Below the pieces are notes generated by a model that saw nothing but the letters and a program-made list of their open reading frames with translations, was not told the DNA's origin and made no database searches. A program made the position numbers and the translations under genes. A stretch of DNA of 64,000 bases from a virus, in IMG/VR virus record IMGVR_UViG_3300043436_002865, positions 3,932 through 67,931 of that record, one strand, 5' to 3'. This document shows, in pieces, positions 55,123 to 64,000 of the stretch (within the stretch, counting starts at the first letter, position 1; each line of letters begins with the position of its first letter).

Positions 55123-56015
55123 AAAAAAAATCATTAAAAGATTTAGCAGCGAATTCTGGGCTTGAAAGAGCCCCGTCTTCTACTGTGTCTAATACTAATA
55201 ATCTGCCAGCAGGGTTTAGTTCTATTGATGGTGATAAAGTAACTATTGATATGAATTTTCTAAGGAAGATGAATATCTTTTTTGCCACTCCATGCTACGG
55301 CGGTGCTGTAACCGACCAATACTTTTTAAGTATGTTTAGAATGTCTCAAGTGCTTATGCAGCATGGAATCCGTTTTAGGATTACTACATTAAGAAATGAA
55401 AGTCTGGTTACTCGTGCTAGAAATATTCTAACAGCTATGTTTTTAGAAGATAAAAGCTGCACTCATCTTATGTTTATTGATGCGGATATTGAATTTGATC
55501 CCGATGCAGTTATTAGAATGCTTGCTATGGATAAAGATATTATTGCAGGTGCATACCCTAAAAAAACAATTAATTGGGGACAGGTACAAAATGCTGTTCA
55601 ATCAGGTAAAACTGAGCAGATAGCTACTTATGGTGCTGACTATGCTATTAATCTAAAAGCAGATCCAGAAACTAGAAGAGTAAGAACTCATATGGGAGCA
55701 GTAGAAGTGTTAGACGCATCTACCGGATTCTTTATTGTAAAGCGTGAAGTTATCGAACGTATGGTACAAGAGTTCCCAGAACTACACTATAAAAACGATT
55801 CTTCTATTGATCCAAAATTTAATCCACACTGCTACGCTTTCTGGGATACTGAAATTGATCCAGTAGATAGACGCTATCTATCTGAAGATTATGCTTTCTG
55901 TCGTAGATGGCAACGCATGGGCGGTGAGATTTGGGTTGATCCTAATACTAAACTAAATCACGTTGGAAGTTACACTTTTGAAGGTAATCTAGCAAACATA
56001 CTACAAAGGGCATAA
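55119..56015 (+). CDS. GT-A fold glycosyltransferase-like protein
   Basis: ATPCYGG, ESLVTRARN, FIDADI and LSEDYAFC motifs. Confidence 0.75.
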   Translation: MKKKSLKDLAANSGLERAPSSTVSNTNNLPAGFSSIDGDKVTIDMNFLRKMNIFFATPCYGGAVTDQYFLSMFRMSQVLMQHGIRFRITTLRNESLVTRARNILTAMFLEDKSCTHLMFIDADIEFDPDAVIRMLAMDKDIIAGAYPKKTINWGQVQNAVQSGKTEQIATYGADYAINLKADPETRRVRTHMGAVEVLDASTGFFIVKREVIERMVQEFPELHYKNDSSIDPKFNPHCYAFWDTEIDPVDRRYLSEDYAFCRRWQRMGGEIWVDPNTKLNHVGSYTFEGNLANILQRA

Positions 56016-56974
56016 TGAAAATTTTACATGTAGCAGATATTCATATAAATCTTCACAAAAAGAAGATTCCATATGAGTGGCAATTAAATAGATTTAACGC
56101 TTTATTTCAAAAATTATTACAGTTAGAACAAGACTGTGATATTGTTGTATTAGCTGGAGATATATTTGATAAAAAGCCAGAGCCGGATGAGATTTGTGTA
56201 TTTCTGAGCTATGCTAATTCTGTTACAAAGCCCACACTTGCTATACCTGGAAACCATGAAGCTTCTACAAAAGGTAATACATTTTTAGAGCATTTTCAAA
56301 CAGAGAATGCTATAAATAATCCTAATTTCATTCTTCATACTAAAAATGCTAGAAAAGTTATTAATGGTCAAGGATTTCAGTTATTTCCTTATGGGGAAAT
56401 GCAAATAGGTAATACTCCTTCATACGTAGAAGGTGATATACTTGTTACGCATATCAGAGGAGAAGTTCCTCCGCATATTACAGCTGAATATGATTTCGAT
56501 AAGCTAAAACCTTGGCCATTAGTACTATTAGGAGACTTACATTTTAATCATAAATATAAAGAGTATAATGTATATTATTCTGGTAGCCCTATCAATACAA
56601 CTTTTGATAGGGATGCTAGTAGAGAGTACGGTGTTAACGTAATAAACTATACTGGGCCTAACAATTATACAGTAGAATTTGTTGACTTAGAACTTCCTAA
56701 GCTTATAAGAAAAACAGTAGATGTTTCAAAAGAGCTAGTAGCAGACAAGTTTCATCACGTTGTTTATGAAGTTACTGGAACTATTGATAATCTCAGCAAA
56801 ATTAAGAATCACGAGCTTTTAGATAAGAAGATAGCTGATAAGCCTACAGAAAACTCGGTGCTAGACTTAACAGATAAAACCTTAGAAGAAGAGCTTAGCT
56901 TGTATCTAGATTTTATTAAAGTAGAAAATAAAAATAGCGTACTACAGCTATTTTCTAAATTAGGTATAAAATAA
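56015..56974 (+). CDS. SbcD/Mre11-like nuclease (T5 D12)
   Basis: ADIH, GDIFD, GNHE and GDLH motifs. Confidence 0.92.
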   Translation: MKILHVADIHINLHKKKIPYEWQLNRFNALFQKLLQLEQDCDIVVLAGDIFDKKPEPDEICVFLSYANSVTKPTLAIPGNHEASTKGNTFLEHFQTENAINNPNFILHTKNARKVINGQGFQLFPYGEMQIGNTPSYVEGDILVTHIRGEVPPHITAEYDFDKLKPWPLVLLGDLHFNHKYKEYNVYYSGSPINTTFDRDASREYGVNVINYTGPNNYTVEFVDLELPKLIRKTVDVSKELVADKFHHVVYEVTGTIDNLSKIKNHELLDKKIADKPTENSVLDLTDKTLEEELSLYLDFIKVENKNSVLQLFSKLGIK

Positions 56975-58803
56975 TGGGAGTAGTATTAAAAACATTAGAA
57001 TTTAGTAATATGTTTAGCTATGGACCGAATAATAAACTAATACTAAATCAAAATAAAATAACACAACTAGCAGCTCCTAATGGTAGCGGTAAAAGTTCTT
57101 TAGCTCTAATAATACAAGAACTGTTATATAATAAAAATGTTAAAGGCTTAAAGAAGTCTGATATATTAAATAAGTATAATAATGCAAAGACCTGGGAAGC
57201 TAAGCTAGTATTCAGTATTGATGACGATGAGTACGAATTAACGTCTAAAAGACAAGGCGCATCTACTAAAGTTTCTATTGTCAAAAACGGTGAAGATATT
57301 AGTGAGCATAAAGTACTAGATACTTATAAAGAACTATCTAATTCTATAGGAAGAGATTTTGAAACATTTAGTCAACTCACTTACCAAAGCAGTACGGATC
57401 TACTAGAGTTCTTAAAAGCTACTGACACTAACAGAAAGAAGTTTTTAGTAAATCTATTTAACTTTTCTAAATATCTAGAAATAGGCGATGAATTAAAAAC
57501 TTTGAATAGCGCTAAAGAAAAAGAGCTAGCAGGTAAAAATGGAGAACTTAAAACTGTACAGCAATTTCTGTCTCAGAATCAGTTACCAGAAAAGGCAGAG
57601 CCTATAGAAGTTCCAGCAGTTGACGAGTTACTAGTTCCTGAAATAGATAGATTACAAGCAGAAATAAATGAGCAAAAATCTATATGTTCTAATATAGATA
57701 AAAATAATCTACACATTCAAGAGCAGCAAGGCATAAAGTTTGACGTTGCAATGTCTTACGCAGATCTAGATCCTAAGATACTAGAACAATTAGAGATTGA
57801 AAAGAGTGTGTCGTATAAAGAAGAATCTAGTAAATCCAAAGCGTTAAAAGATTTACAAGCACTAGATACTTCAGATCACTGTTATGCTTGTAAACAATCA
57901 ATAGATAACTCTAGGTCTAAAGAGCTAAGTGCTGAATTAAGCAGGGAAGTAGAAGCTCTAACTGCTTCTATAGAGTCTAGAAAAGCTAATATAAAAGAAC
58001 TATCTAATATTATAGCTAAAAACGCTAGTGATAAAAAAGCTTATGATAATAATACTAAAGCGATAGATAGATTTACTCAATTATCTCAACTTATAGATAA
58101 TAGCATACCTAAAGAGTATCCGGACTTTAATGATATATCTAATAAGTTAAAAGCATTAAAAACTACTTATGAGTCACAAAAGAAAAGTAGAGACGAAGCT
58201 CTTAACTTTAATGAAAGTGTTAAAATTAGAAACGCTAAAATAGATGCCCTAAAAGAGCAAATTAGAGATTTTAAAGCTAGACAAGAGCTGATAAAAGATG
58301 ATATAGTTATTATTCAAGAAGAGATAAGTAGCTTAACTGTTTTAAGAAAAGCCTTTTCTACTTCTGGAATTGTAGCTTATAAACTAGAGAATATAGCAAA
58401 GCAACTAGAAGATAGTATAAACTATTATCTAGCGTTACTTAGCGATGGACAATTCCAAGTATTATTTAGACTAACTGGTGATAAACTAAATATCGTTGTA
58501 GTTAATAACGGTGAAGAAGTAAGTATAGATTCTCTATCTGGCGGAGAATTTTCTAGAGTACAAACTTCTGTTTTATTAGCGGTTAGAGGAACTTTATCTA
58601 AAATAGGCGGTAAAAGTATAAACCTGCTATTTTTAGATGAAATAACTGGAGTATTAGATGAAACAGGTAAAGAACGCTTGTTTGAAGTACTTCAAGAAGA
58701 AAAAGACTTAAATGTCTTTTTAATATCACATGACTACTCTCACCCCCTAATTCCACGAATAGAGATTGAGAAAAAGAATAATATAAGCACTATCCGCTCT
58801 TGA
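56974..58803 (+). CDS. SbcC/Rad50-like ATPase (T5 D13)
   Basis: NGSGKSS, CYAC hook, LSGGE, LFLDE and ISH motifs. Confidence 0.93.
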   Translation: MGVVLKTLEFSNMFSYGPNNKLILNQNKITQLAAPNGSGKSSLALIIQELLYNKNVKGLKKSDILNKYNNAKTWEAKLVFSIDDDEYELTSKRQGASTKVSIVKNGEDISEHKVLDTYKELSNSIGRDFETFSQLTYQSSTDLLEFLKATDTNRKKFLVNLFNFSKYLEIGDELKTLNSAKEKELAGKNGELKTVQQFLSQNQLPEKAEPIEVPAVDELLVPEIDRLQAEINEQKSICSNIDKNNLHIQEQQGIKFDVAMSYADLDPKILEQLEIEKSVSYKEESSKSKALKDLQALDTSDHCYACKQSIDNSRSKELSAELSREVEALTASIESRKANIKELSNIIAKNASDKKAYDNNTKAIDRFTQLSQLIDNSIPKEYPDFNDISNKLKALKTTYESQKKSRDEALNFNESVKIRNAKIDALKEQIRDFKARQELIKDDIVIIQEEISSLTVLRKAFSTSGIVAYKLENIAKQLEDSINYYLALLSDGQFQVLFRLTGDKLNIVVVNNGEEVSIDSLSGGEFSRVQTSVLLAVRGTLSKIGGKSINLLFLDEITGVLDETGKERLFEVLQEEKDLNVFLISHDYSHPLIPRIEIEKKNNISTIRS

Positions 58804-58842
58804 GAGAGCGGATAGATTCTTTTATGCGTAAGGAGAACGTAA

Positions 58843-60966
58843 ATGATTACAATTGGAAAAAATCCAATTAACTTTAAACTAAAGCAAACTTTTAAAGACG
58901 AATTAAATGCTACACCTGTAATTTGGGGATATGGTGGTTTATCTGCTTTCACTTATTACAGAACATATGCCAGAAAAAAAGATAATGGAAAACTGGAAAC
59001 ATGGGCTGAATGTGTTGTCAGAGTTATTGAGGGAATGTTTTCTATCCTAAAAACTCATTCTATTACTTCTGGACATACTTGGGACGAAAAGCGTGCTCAC
59101 AAGCTAGCAGAAGAAGCAGCTGGCAGACTATACAGCTTTAAATGGACTCCTCCAGGTCGCGGACTTTGGATGATGGGTACAGACTTTGTATGGGAAAAAG
59201 GTGGAGCCTGTTTAAATAACTGTGCTTTTGTTAGCACCGAAAATATTGACGCAGAACTATCAAAGCCGTTCGCATTCTTAATGGATATGAGTATGGTAGG
59301 AGTTGGTGTAGGTTTTGATACTAAAGGAGCTGGCAAGATAGCTTCATCAGTACCCACTGGTGATCTTGAAGTTATTACTGTTGAAGATAGCCGTGAAGGT
59401 TGGGTAGAACTTATCTCTTGCTTGATCGACTCTTATTTAGAAGAAGGTTCTAATCCTGTTCAACCTGATGTTAGCTTGGTACGTGCTTACGGAGAACCAA
59501 TTAAAGGATTTGGCGGTGTAGCTTCTGGACCAGAGCCTCTAGTTCAAGGATTTTATGGCATTAGAGATATTCTAGACAATCGCGCTCGTAGTGAAAATAC
59601 GCTACTAACTTCTGTAGATATTACCGACATAATGAATATTATTGGTAAGATTGTTGTAGCTGGAAACGTTCGTCGTACTGCTGAAATTGCTTTTGGTGAA
59701 CCAGAAGATGAAGAATTTACGACAATGAAAGATTGGCAACAATTTGGAGTAGAAACTGGATCAGTTGCTCCTATTGAGCTAAAAGATCTAAGCGAAGAAG
59801 ACTATAACACTTATAATAGCGATTGGAACTCTAGAGCGTTAATTGCTAAAAAGTATTCAGATGCTGAGTGGGCCTACAAGTTTGGAGGATGGCGCTGGGC
59901 ATCTAACAACTCATTATTCGCTAGAATTGGTATGGATTATACCAAAGCTGCTGAAAGTATTGCTATAAACGGTGAGCCAGGTTTTGCTTGGTTAGAGAAT
60001 ATGCAAGCTTATGGCCGTATGAAAGATCCAGCAGATTGGAAAGATAGCAGAGTTCGTGGTGGCAACCCTTGCTTAGAACAATCGCTTGAGCCTTATGAAC
60101 TATGCTGCTTGGTAGAAACATATCCAGCTAAGCATAATGATTATTGGGATTTCCAGCGCACACTGAAATTTGCTTATCTATACGCTAAAACAGTTACCTT
60201 AGTTCCTACACATTGGAGAGAAACTAATGATGTTATCAAGCGTAATCGCAGAATCGGTACTTCTCAGAGCGGCATTCAAGAAGCAATTCTAAAAGTCGGA
60301 AGACGTAAGTATCTAGACGAATTCTGTGACAGAGCTTATAGCTATATTAACTATTTAGATCATAAGTATTCTGAGTGGTTAGGTATTCCTTTATCAGTTA
60401 AAAAGACTAGCGTAAAGCCTAGTGGAACAGTTTCTCTAGTTGCAGGCGCTCTTCCAGGTATTCACCATGCAGAAGCTGAAAGCTACTACAGAACTGTTAG
60501 AGTATCTAATACCAGTGAGCTAATTCCTGTTCTGAGAGCAGCTAACTACAGAATAGAACCTGCGGTAAGCGACCCGATTAGAACATCTGTAGTTTACTTC
60601 CCTGTTTTACATGAAAAAGGGACTATTAGTAATAAAGATGTAAGTATTTGGGAACAGTTTGCTAATGCTGTTGATTTGCAACGTGAGTGGAGCGATAACC
60701 AAGTTAGTATCACAATAACTTTTAGAGACCATGAAAAGTCTCAAATTGCTAGAGCGCTAAGCTGCTTCGATAAACAATTAAAAGGTGTTAGCTTGTTACC
60801 GCTAGACGATCATGGATATGCACAAGCTCCATATATTTCTACTCCTAGAGAAGAGATTGAAGCTTATGCAGCTACACTCTTACCGCTAGATTTTAGCGCT
60901 TTGACCACTGAAGGTGAAGATGCTAACGCTAACAAGTTCTGTGATAGCACAGGTTGTGCTATCTAA
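58843..60966 (+). CDS. nrdJ: class II (B12-dependent) ribonucleotide reductase
   Basis: PPGRGLW, LNNC, GNVRR, NPCLEQ, VKPSGT and C-terminal CxxxxC. Confidence 0.93.
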   Translation: MITIGKNPINFKLKQTFKDELNATPVIWGYGGLSAFTYYRTYARKKDNGKLETWAECVVRVIEGMFSILKTHSITSGHTWDEKRAHKLAEEAAGRLYSFKWTPPGRGLWMMGTDFVWEKGGACLNNCAFVSTENIDAELSKPFAFLMDMSMVGVGVGFDTKGAGKIASSVPTGDLEVITVEDSREGWVELISCLIDSYLEEGSNPVQPDVSLVRAYGEPIKGFGGVASGPEPLVQGFYGIRDILDNRARSENTLLTSVDITDIMNIIGKIVVAGNVRRTAEIAFGEPEDEEFTTMKDWQQFGVETGSVAPIELKDLSEEDYNTYNSDWNSRALIAKKYSDAEWAYKFGGWRWASNNSLFARIGMDYTKAAESIAINGEPGFAWLENMQAYGRMKDPADWKDSRVRGGNPCLEQSLEPYELCCLVETYPAKHNDYWDFQRTLKFAYLYAKTVTLVPTHWRETNDVIKRNRRIGTSQSGIQEAILKVGRRKYLDEFCDRAYSYINYLDHKYSEWLGIPLSVKKTSVKPSGTVSLVAGALPGIHHAEAESYYRTVRVSNTSELIPVLRAANYRIEPAVSDPIRTSVVYFPVLHEKGTISNKDVSIWEQFANAVDLQREWSDNQVSITITFRDHEKSQIARALSCFDKQLKGVSLLPLDDHGYAQAPYISTPREEIEAYAATLLPLDFSALTTEGEDANANKFCDSTGCAI

Positions 60967-61000
60967 TAGATAAACGGTCTTTACTGTTTTAGGAGAAATT

Positions 61001-61228
61001 ATGTATACAATCTACACAAAGACTAATTGTTCATATTGCGTAAAAGCAAAACAGCTTCTAAGCAGTAAAGGCCTACAATATCTAGAAAAGAATATAGAAG
61101 ATCCAGATTTAAAAGCAGAACTATTTGCTAGATATCCAGAAGCTAAAACCGTACCACAAATATATTTATACTCTGCACATCTTGGCGGGTATGACGATTT
61201 GGTAAGGTATTTTGAGCAAACTCTTTAA
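61001..61228 (+). CDS. glutaredoxin
   Basis: CSYC, TVPQI and GGYDDL motifs. Confidence 0.93.
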   Translation: MYTIYTKTNCSYCVKAKQLLSSKGLQYLEKNIEDPDLKAELFARYPEAKTVPQIYLYSAHLGGYDDLVRYFEQTL

Positions 61229-61237
61229 AAAACTTTT

Positions 61238-61266
61238 TTGACTGTTAGGTTATAAATTGCTATGTT
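61238..61266 (+). promoter_or_regulatory. sigma70-type promoter
   Basis: TTGACT-N17-TATGTT. Confidence 0.6.
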
Positions 61267-61284
61267 TTATGCAAGGAGTAATTT

Positions 61285-61737
61285 ATGACAAATTTAAGTA
61301 AGACAAAAGGTAGAAGTTATGAATATGTTGTGAGAGACATATTTACTGATACTTTTAAAACACAATTTGAAAGAGTGCCTTTATCGGGCGCTCTTTCTTA
61401 TTTAAAGGGAGATGTTTATGCTCCTTGGAAACCTGATTTTCCTTGGTGCATTGAAGCAAAACACCACAAAGAAGTTCCTTGGAATAATGTGCTAACAGCT
61501 AAAAGTGCGCTACTGCTAGACTTTTGGAGACAAACTACTAGAGAAGCTGCAGTAATGAAGAAGCTACCACTACTAATTTATAGGTGGGATAGAAGCAAAA
61601 ATTATGTATGTTGGCTAGATGAAGATATAAATATACAAAATTACGTAGTTATTAAGAGTGCAGACTGCGAGTTTAAAATGGGTTTACTTGAACACTGGTT
61701 ACCAAAAGCTCAATTAAAGGTTAAAGTTGATTCATAA
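61285..61737 (+). CDS. Holliday junction resolvase (T5 D14-like)
   Basis: SKTKGRSYE, RVPLSGA, KGD and IEAK motifs. Confidence 0.85.
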   Translation: MTNLSKTKGRSYEYVVRDIFTDTFKTQFERVPLSGALSYLKGDVYAPWKPDFPWCIEAKHHKEVPWNNVLTAKSALLLDFWRQTTREAAVMKKLPLLIYRWDRSKNYVCWLDEDINIQNYVVIKSADCEFKMGLLEHWLPKAQLKVKVDS

Positions 61738-61743
61738 TTGTTC

Positions 61744-61772
61744 TTGCTACTCACTAGTTTATATGGTAATAT
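61744..61772 (+). promoter_or_regulatory. sigma70-type promoter
   Basis: TTGCTA-N17-TAATAT. Confidence 0.55.
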
Positions 61773-61803
61773 TACATATGATAATTAATATAAGAGGAAT
61801 ATC

Positions 61804-62661
61804 GTGGTAACAAATTGGGATGATCTTGCAGAATTAACGCAAGCTAAAAAAGCAGTAGAAAATGCAAACAATCTATTGCTTATTGACGGAGTAAATCTAG
61901 CTTTTAGATATTTACAACGTAAAAATTATAATAACTTTACTGAAGATTATATTAGAACAGTTACTAGTCTGGGAAAGAGCTATGAAGCAAAACGCATTAT
62001 TTGTTGTTTTGACTCTGGCGCTTCTGCATATAGAAAGAGTATGTTCCCAGAATACAAAGCTAATAGAAAAGTTGAACGTACTGAAGAAGAGCAAGAACGC
62101 TTTACTGAGTTCTTTAACTGTTTGTCAGATACTATTGACGCATTACCTTTTGAACATTTTAAGTTCAAAGGCATTGAAGCTGACGACATAATTGCATACT
62201 TTTCTAAACATCTTAGTAGCAAATATAACCATACTTGGATTGTATCAAGCGATAGAGACTTGTATCAGCTGCTAAAAGAAGATGTAAGTATTTTTAATAT
62301 GTATTCTAGAAAAGAAGTTGATTTAAACTATCTAACAGAGAACTTCGATCTAACTCCTAAAGAGTATGCCTTCGCCAGAATGATTGAAGGAGACTCGGGT
62401 GATAATATTAGCGGAGTTGAAGGCATTGGTCCTAAGCGTAGTATTGCATTGGTAAAAGAATATAAAACACTTGATAACTTAATTAATAGTTTACCGATTA
62501 CTGGTAAAGCTAAATATATTCAAAATCTAAATAAAAGTATTGATGTACTAACTAGAAACGAAAAACTTATTAATCTGTTAGATTATATAGATGATGTTTT
62601 AACTTCAGTAGAAAAACAAGATTTAGTAATTGATATGTTAAGTAAGTCTCTAAAGGTATAA
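61804..62661 (+). CDS. 5'-3' exonuclease/flap endonuclease (T5 D15-like)
   Basis: LIDGVNLAFR, YKANR, EADD, SDRD and GDSGDNISGVEGIG motifs. Confidence 0.95.
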   Translation: MVTNWDDLAELTQAKKAVENANNLLLIDGVNLAFRYLQRKNYNNFTEDYIRTVTSLGKSYEAKRIICCFDSGASAYRKSMFPEYKANRKVERTEEEQERFTEFFNCLSDTIDALPFEHFKFKGIEADDIIAYFSKHLSSKYNHTWIVSSDRDLYQLLKEDVSIFNMYSRKEVDLNYLTENFDLTPKEYAFARMIEGDSGDNISGVEGIGPKRSIALVKEYKTLDNLINSLPITGKAKYIQNLNKSIDVLTRNEKLINLLDYIDDVLTSVEKQDLVIDMLSKSLKV

Positions 62662-62662
62662 A

Positions 62663-63364
62663 ATGAAAGTTAAACTGTTTGCGTATAGCCAACCTGTTGA
62701 AGATCTAGGCATTGAAGGGTTAGAAGATGTTCAAGATCTAATTGCGTATTGTGCAAAAGTATCTAACCCACAATTCCAAGCTAATTTTGAAACCACAGAA
62801 CGACTGCTTAACTATTTGAGTAATCATCAACACTGGTCGCCTTTTGAAATGGCGTCAGCAACTATGGAAATTGAAACTACTCGTGATATTGCACGTCAAA
62901 TGCTTCGACATCGCTCATTTTCTTTTCAAGAGTTTTCTCAGCGATACAAAGAAATTGATGCGTTAGGAGAATCTTTTGTTATTCGAGAAGCCCGTCTTCA
63001 ACACCCAACTAATCGTCAAGACTCAGTTGAGCTAGACCTAACTCGAGAGTATCATAGAAATATAGATCGTGAGTGGCGACTAAAACAAGAAACAGTAATT
63101 AAAGCCGCTAAAGAAGCTTATGAATGGGCTATAAGTAAAGAAATTGGTATTGCTAAGGAACAAGCTAGAAGCGTTCTCCCAGAAGGAAATACTGTATCAC
63201 GCTTATACATGCAAGGTACTATTCGCTCTTGGATTCACTACGTTGAACTTCGTTCAGCAAACGGCACTCAGAAAGAACATATGTTAGTAGCTAAAGAAAT
63301 TGGAAAAGCTATTTCAAAAATATTTCCACTACTAGATAAATATACTAAAAAGGAAAATAAATAA
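62663..63364 (+). CDS. thyX: flavin-dependent thymidylate synthase
   Basis: HWSPFE, RHRSFSFQEFSQRY and EQARSVLP motifs. Confidence 0.96.
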   Translation: MKVKLFAYSQPVEDLGIEGLEDVQDLIAYCAKVSNPQFQANFETTERLLNYLSNHQHWSPFEMASATMEIETTRDIARQMLRHRSFSFQEFSQRYKEIDALGESFVIREARLQHPTNRQDSVELDLTREYHRNIDREWRLKQETVIKAAKEAYEWAISKEIGIAKEQARSVLPEGNTVSRLYMQGTIRSWIHYVELRSANGTQKEHMLVAKEIGKAISKIFPLLDKYTKKENK

Positions 63365-63714
63365 TGACAACTAATGCAAATACAAAAGCTGCTACAACTA
63401 CTGTAGCAGCTAAACCTGTAGTAAAACAAGAAATAAAAGAAGAAAGATTGCGTAACGTAGATGATGATGCGTTATGGACAATTATCGGTATTGAAGGTTG
63501 TCCTTGGACAGAAAAAGCTGTAAGCCTATTTAAAGAGCATAAAGAAAACTTTAAGCATGTTCTAATGAATCCAGAGTGGCAGCGTAGACTTATTGTTCAA
63601 TACAATACTAAAAAATCCCCCGCTATTTTTAGAGGAGCAGCTTATTTTGGTAGTTACGGCGAGCTAGAAAATTACTATAAGTGTTGGTTCTTTTCAGAAA
63701 GAGAACAGTTTTAA
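63364..63714 (+). CDS. glutaredoxin-like protein (single Cys)
   Basis: GCPWT, SPAIF and GSYGEL motifs. Confidence 0.65.
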   Translation: MTTNANTKAATTTVAAKPVVKQEIKEERLRNVDDDALWTIIGIEGCPWTEKAVSLFKEHKENFKHVLMNPEWQRRLIVQYNTKKSPAIFRGAAYFGSYGELENYYKCWFFSEREQF

Positions 63715-63716
63715 TA

Positions 63717-63742
63717 AAAAACCCCGGAATTTCCGGGGTTTT
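63717..63742. terminator. bidirectional terminator
   Basis: AAAACCCCGGAA-T-TTCCGGGGTTTT between convergent genes. Confidence 0.85.
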
Positions 63743-63745
63743 CTC

Positions 63746-64000
63746 TTATCTTTTACCTTTGCGTTGCACAGGTTTTGCAGGGTTTGTACCGTTTACAGGG
63801 TTTCTCATTGGAGCGCCGGCAGTTACTTTTTTACCTTTTACTCCTCCTGAAACTGTTGCTCCATCATTGATAGAGTTGCGAATTCCTGCTTCGTTAGAAT
63901 TAGGGTAATTTACCTTAACTCCGCGCATAGCAGTTGTTCCGCCAGCTGTGGGCATTGGTGCGATAATAGGATTAACTAATCCCTCGCCGGAAGCTTGAGT
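63746..64000 (-). CDS. basic hypothetical protein, 3' part (frame open to the window edge)
   Basis: No in-frame stop upstream of 63955; Gly/Lys/Pro-rich. Confidence 0.6.
   Translation of the reverse strand, partial: TQASGEGLVNPIIAPMPTAGGTTAMRGVKVNYPNSNEAGIRNSINDGATVSGGVKGKKVTAGAPMRNPVNGTNPAKPVQRKGKR

Noticed and set aside
48332-60966. Inteins or introns in polA, helicases or nrdJ
   Set aside because: ORFs are continuous, of expected length, and lack splice or homing motifs.

Overview
64 kb of an AT-rich, large lytic dsDNA phage genome. The right arm (42-63.7 kb, + strand) follows the T5-like (Demerecviridae-type) replication order: PC4-like SSB, D5, DnaB-like D6, primase, PolA, D10 helicase, D11, D12/D13, D14 and D15, plus class II RNR and ThyX. 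Glycan-related genes are interleaved in this block. An alphaproteobacterial host is inferred from IbpA with a ROSE-like leader, DUF1127 and a phasin-like gene. The left part carries three notable regions. (1) An 8 kb operon: lipoprotein cell-wall hydrolase, small OMP, autotransporter, CsgF, CsgG, curlin-like protein, FecR protein and CHASE2 adenylate cyclase. (2) A minus-strand array of 13 tRNAs with several unusual members (Thr-AGT, Ser-AGA, long-arm TAT, amber suppressor CTA), interspersed with unexplained structured RNAs and a NodS/NodB-like glycan cassette. (3) A compact candidate switch: the suppressor tRNA is followed by a mini-ORF with an in-frame TAG (MKEFHS*IKKPP*), then a hairpin that hides the Shine-Dalgarno of the next gene. 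This looks like an amber-readthrough-gated translational switch. All calls come from reading the sequence; no database searches were run.
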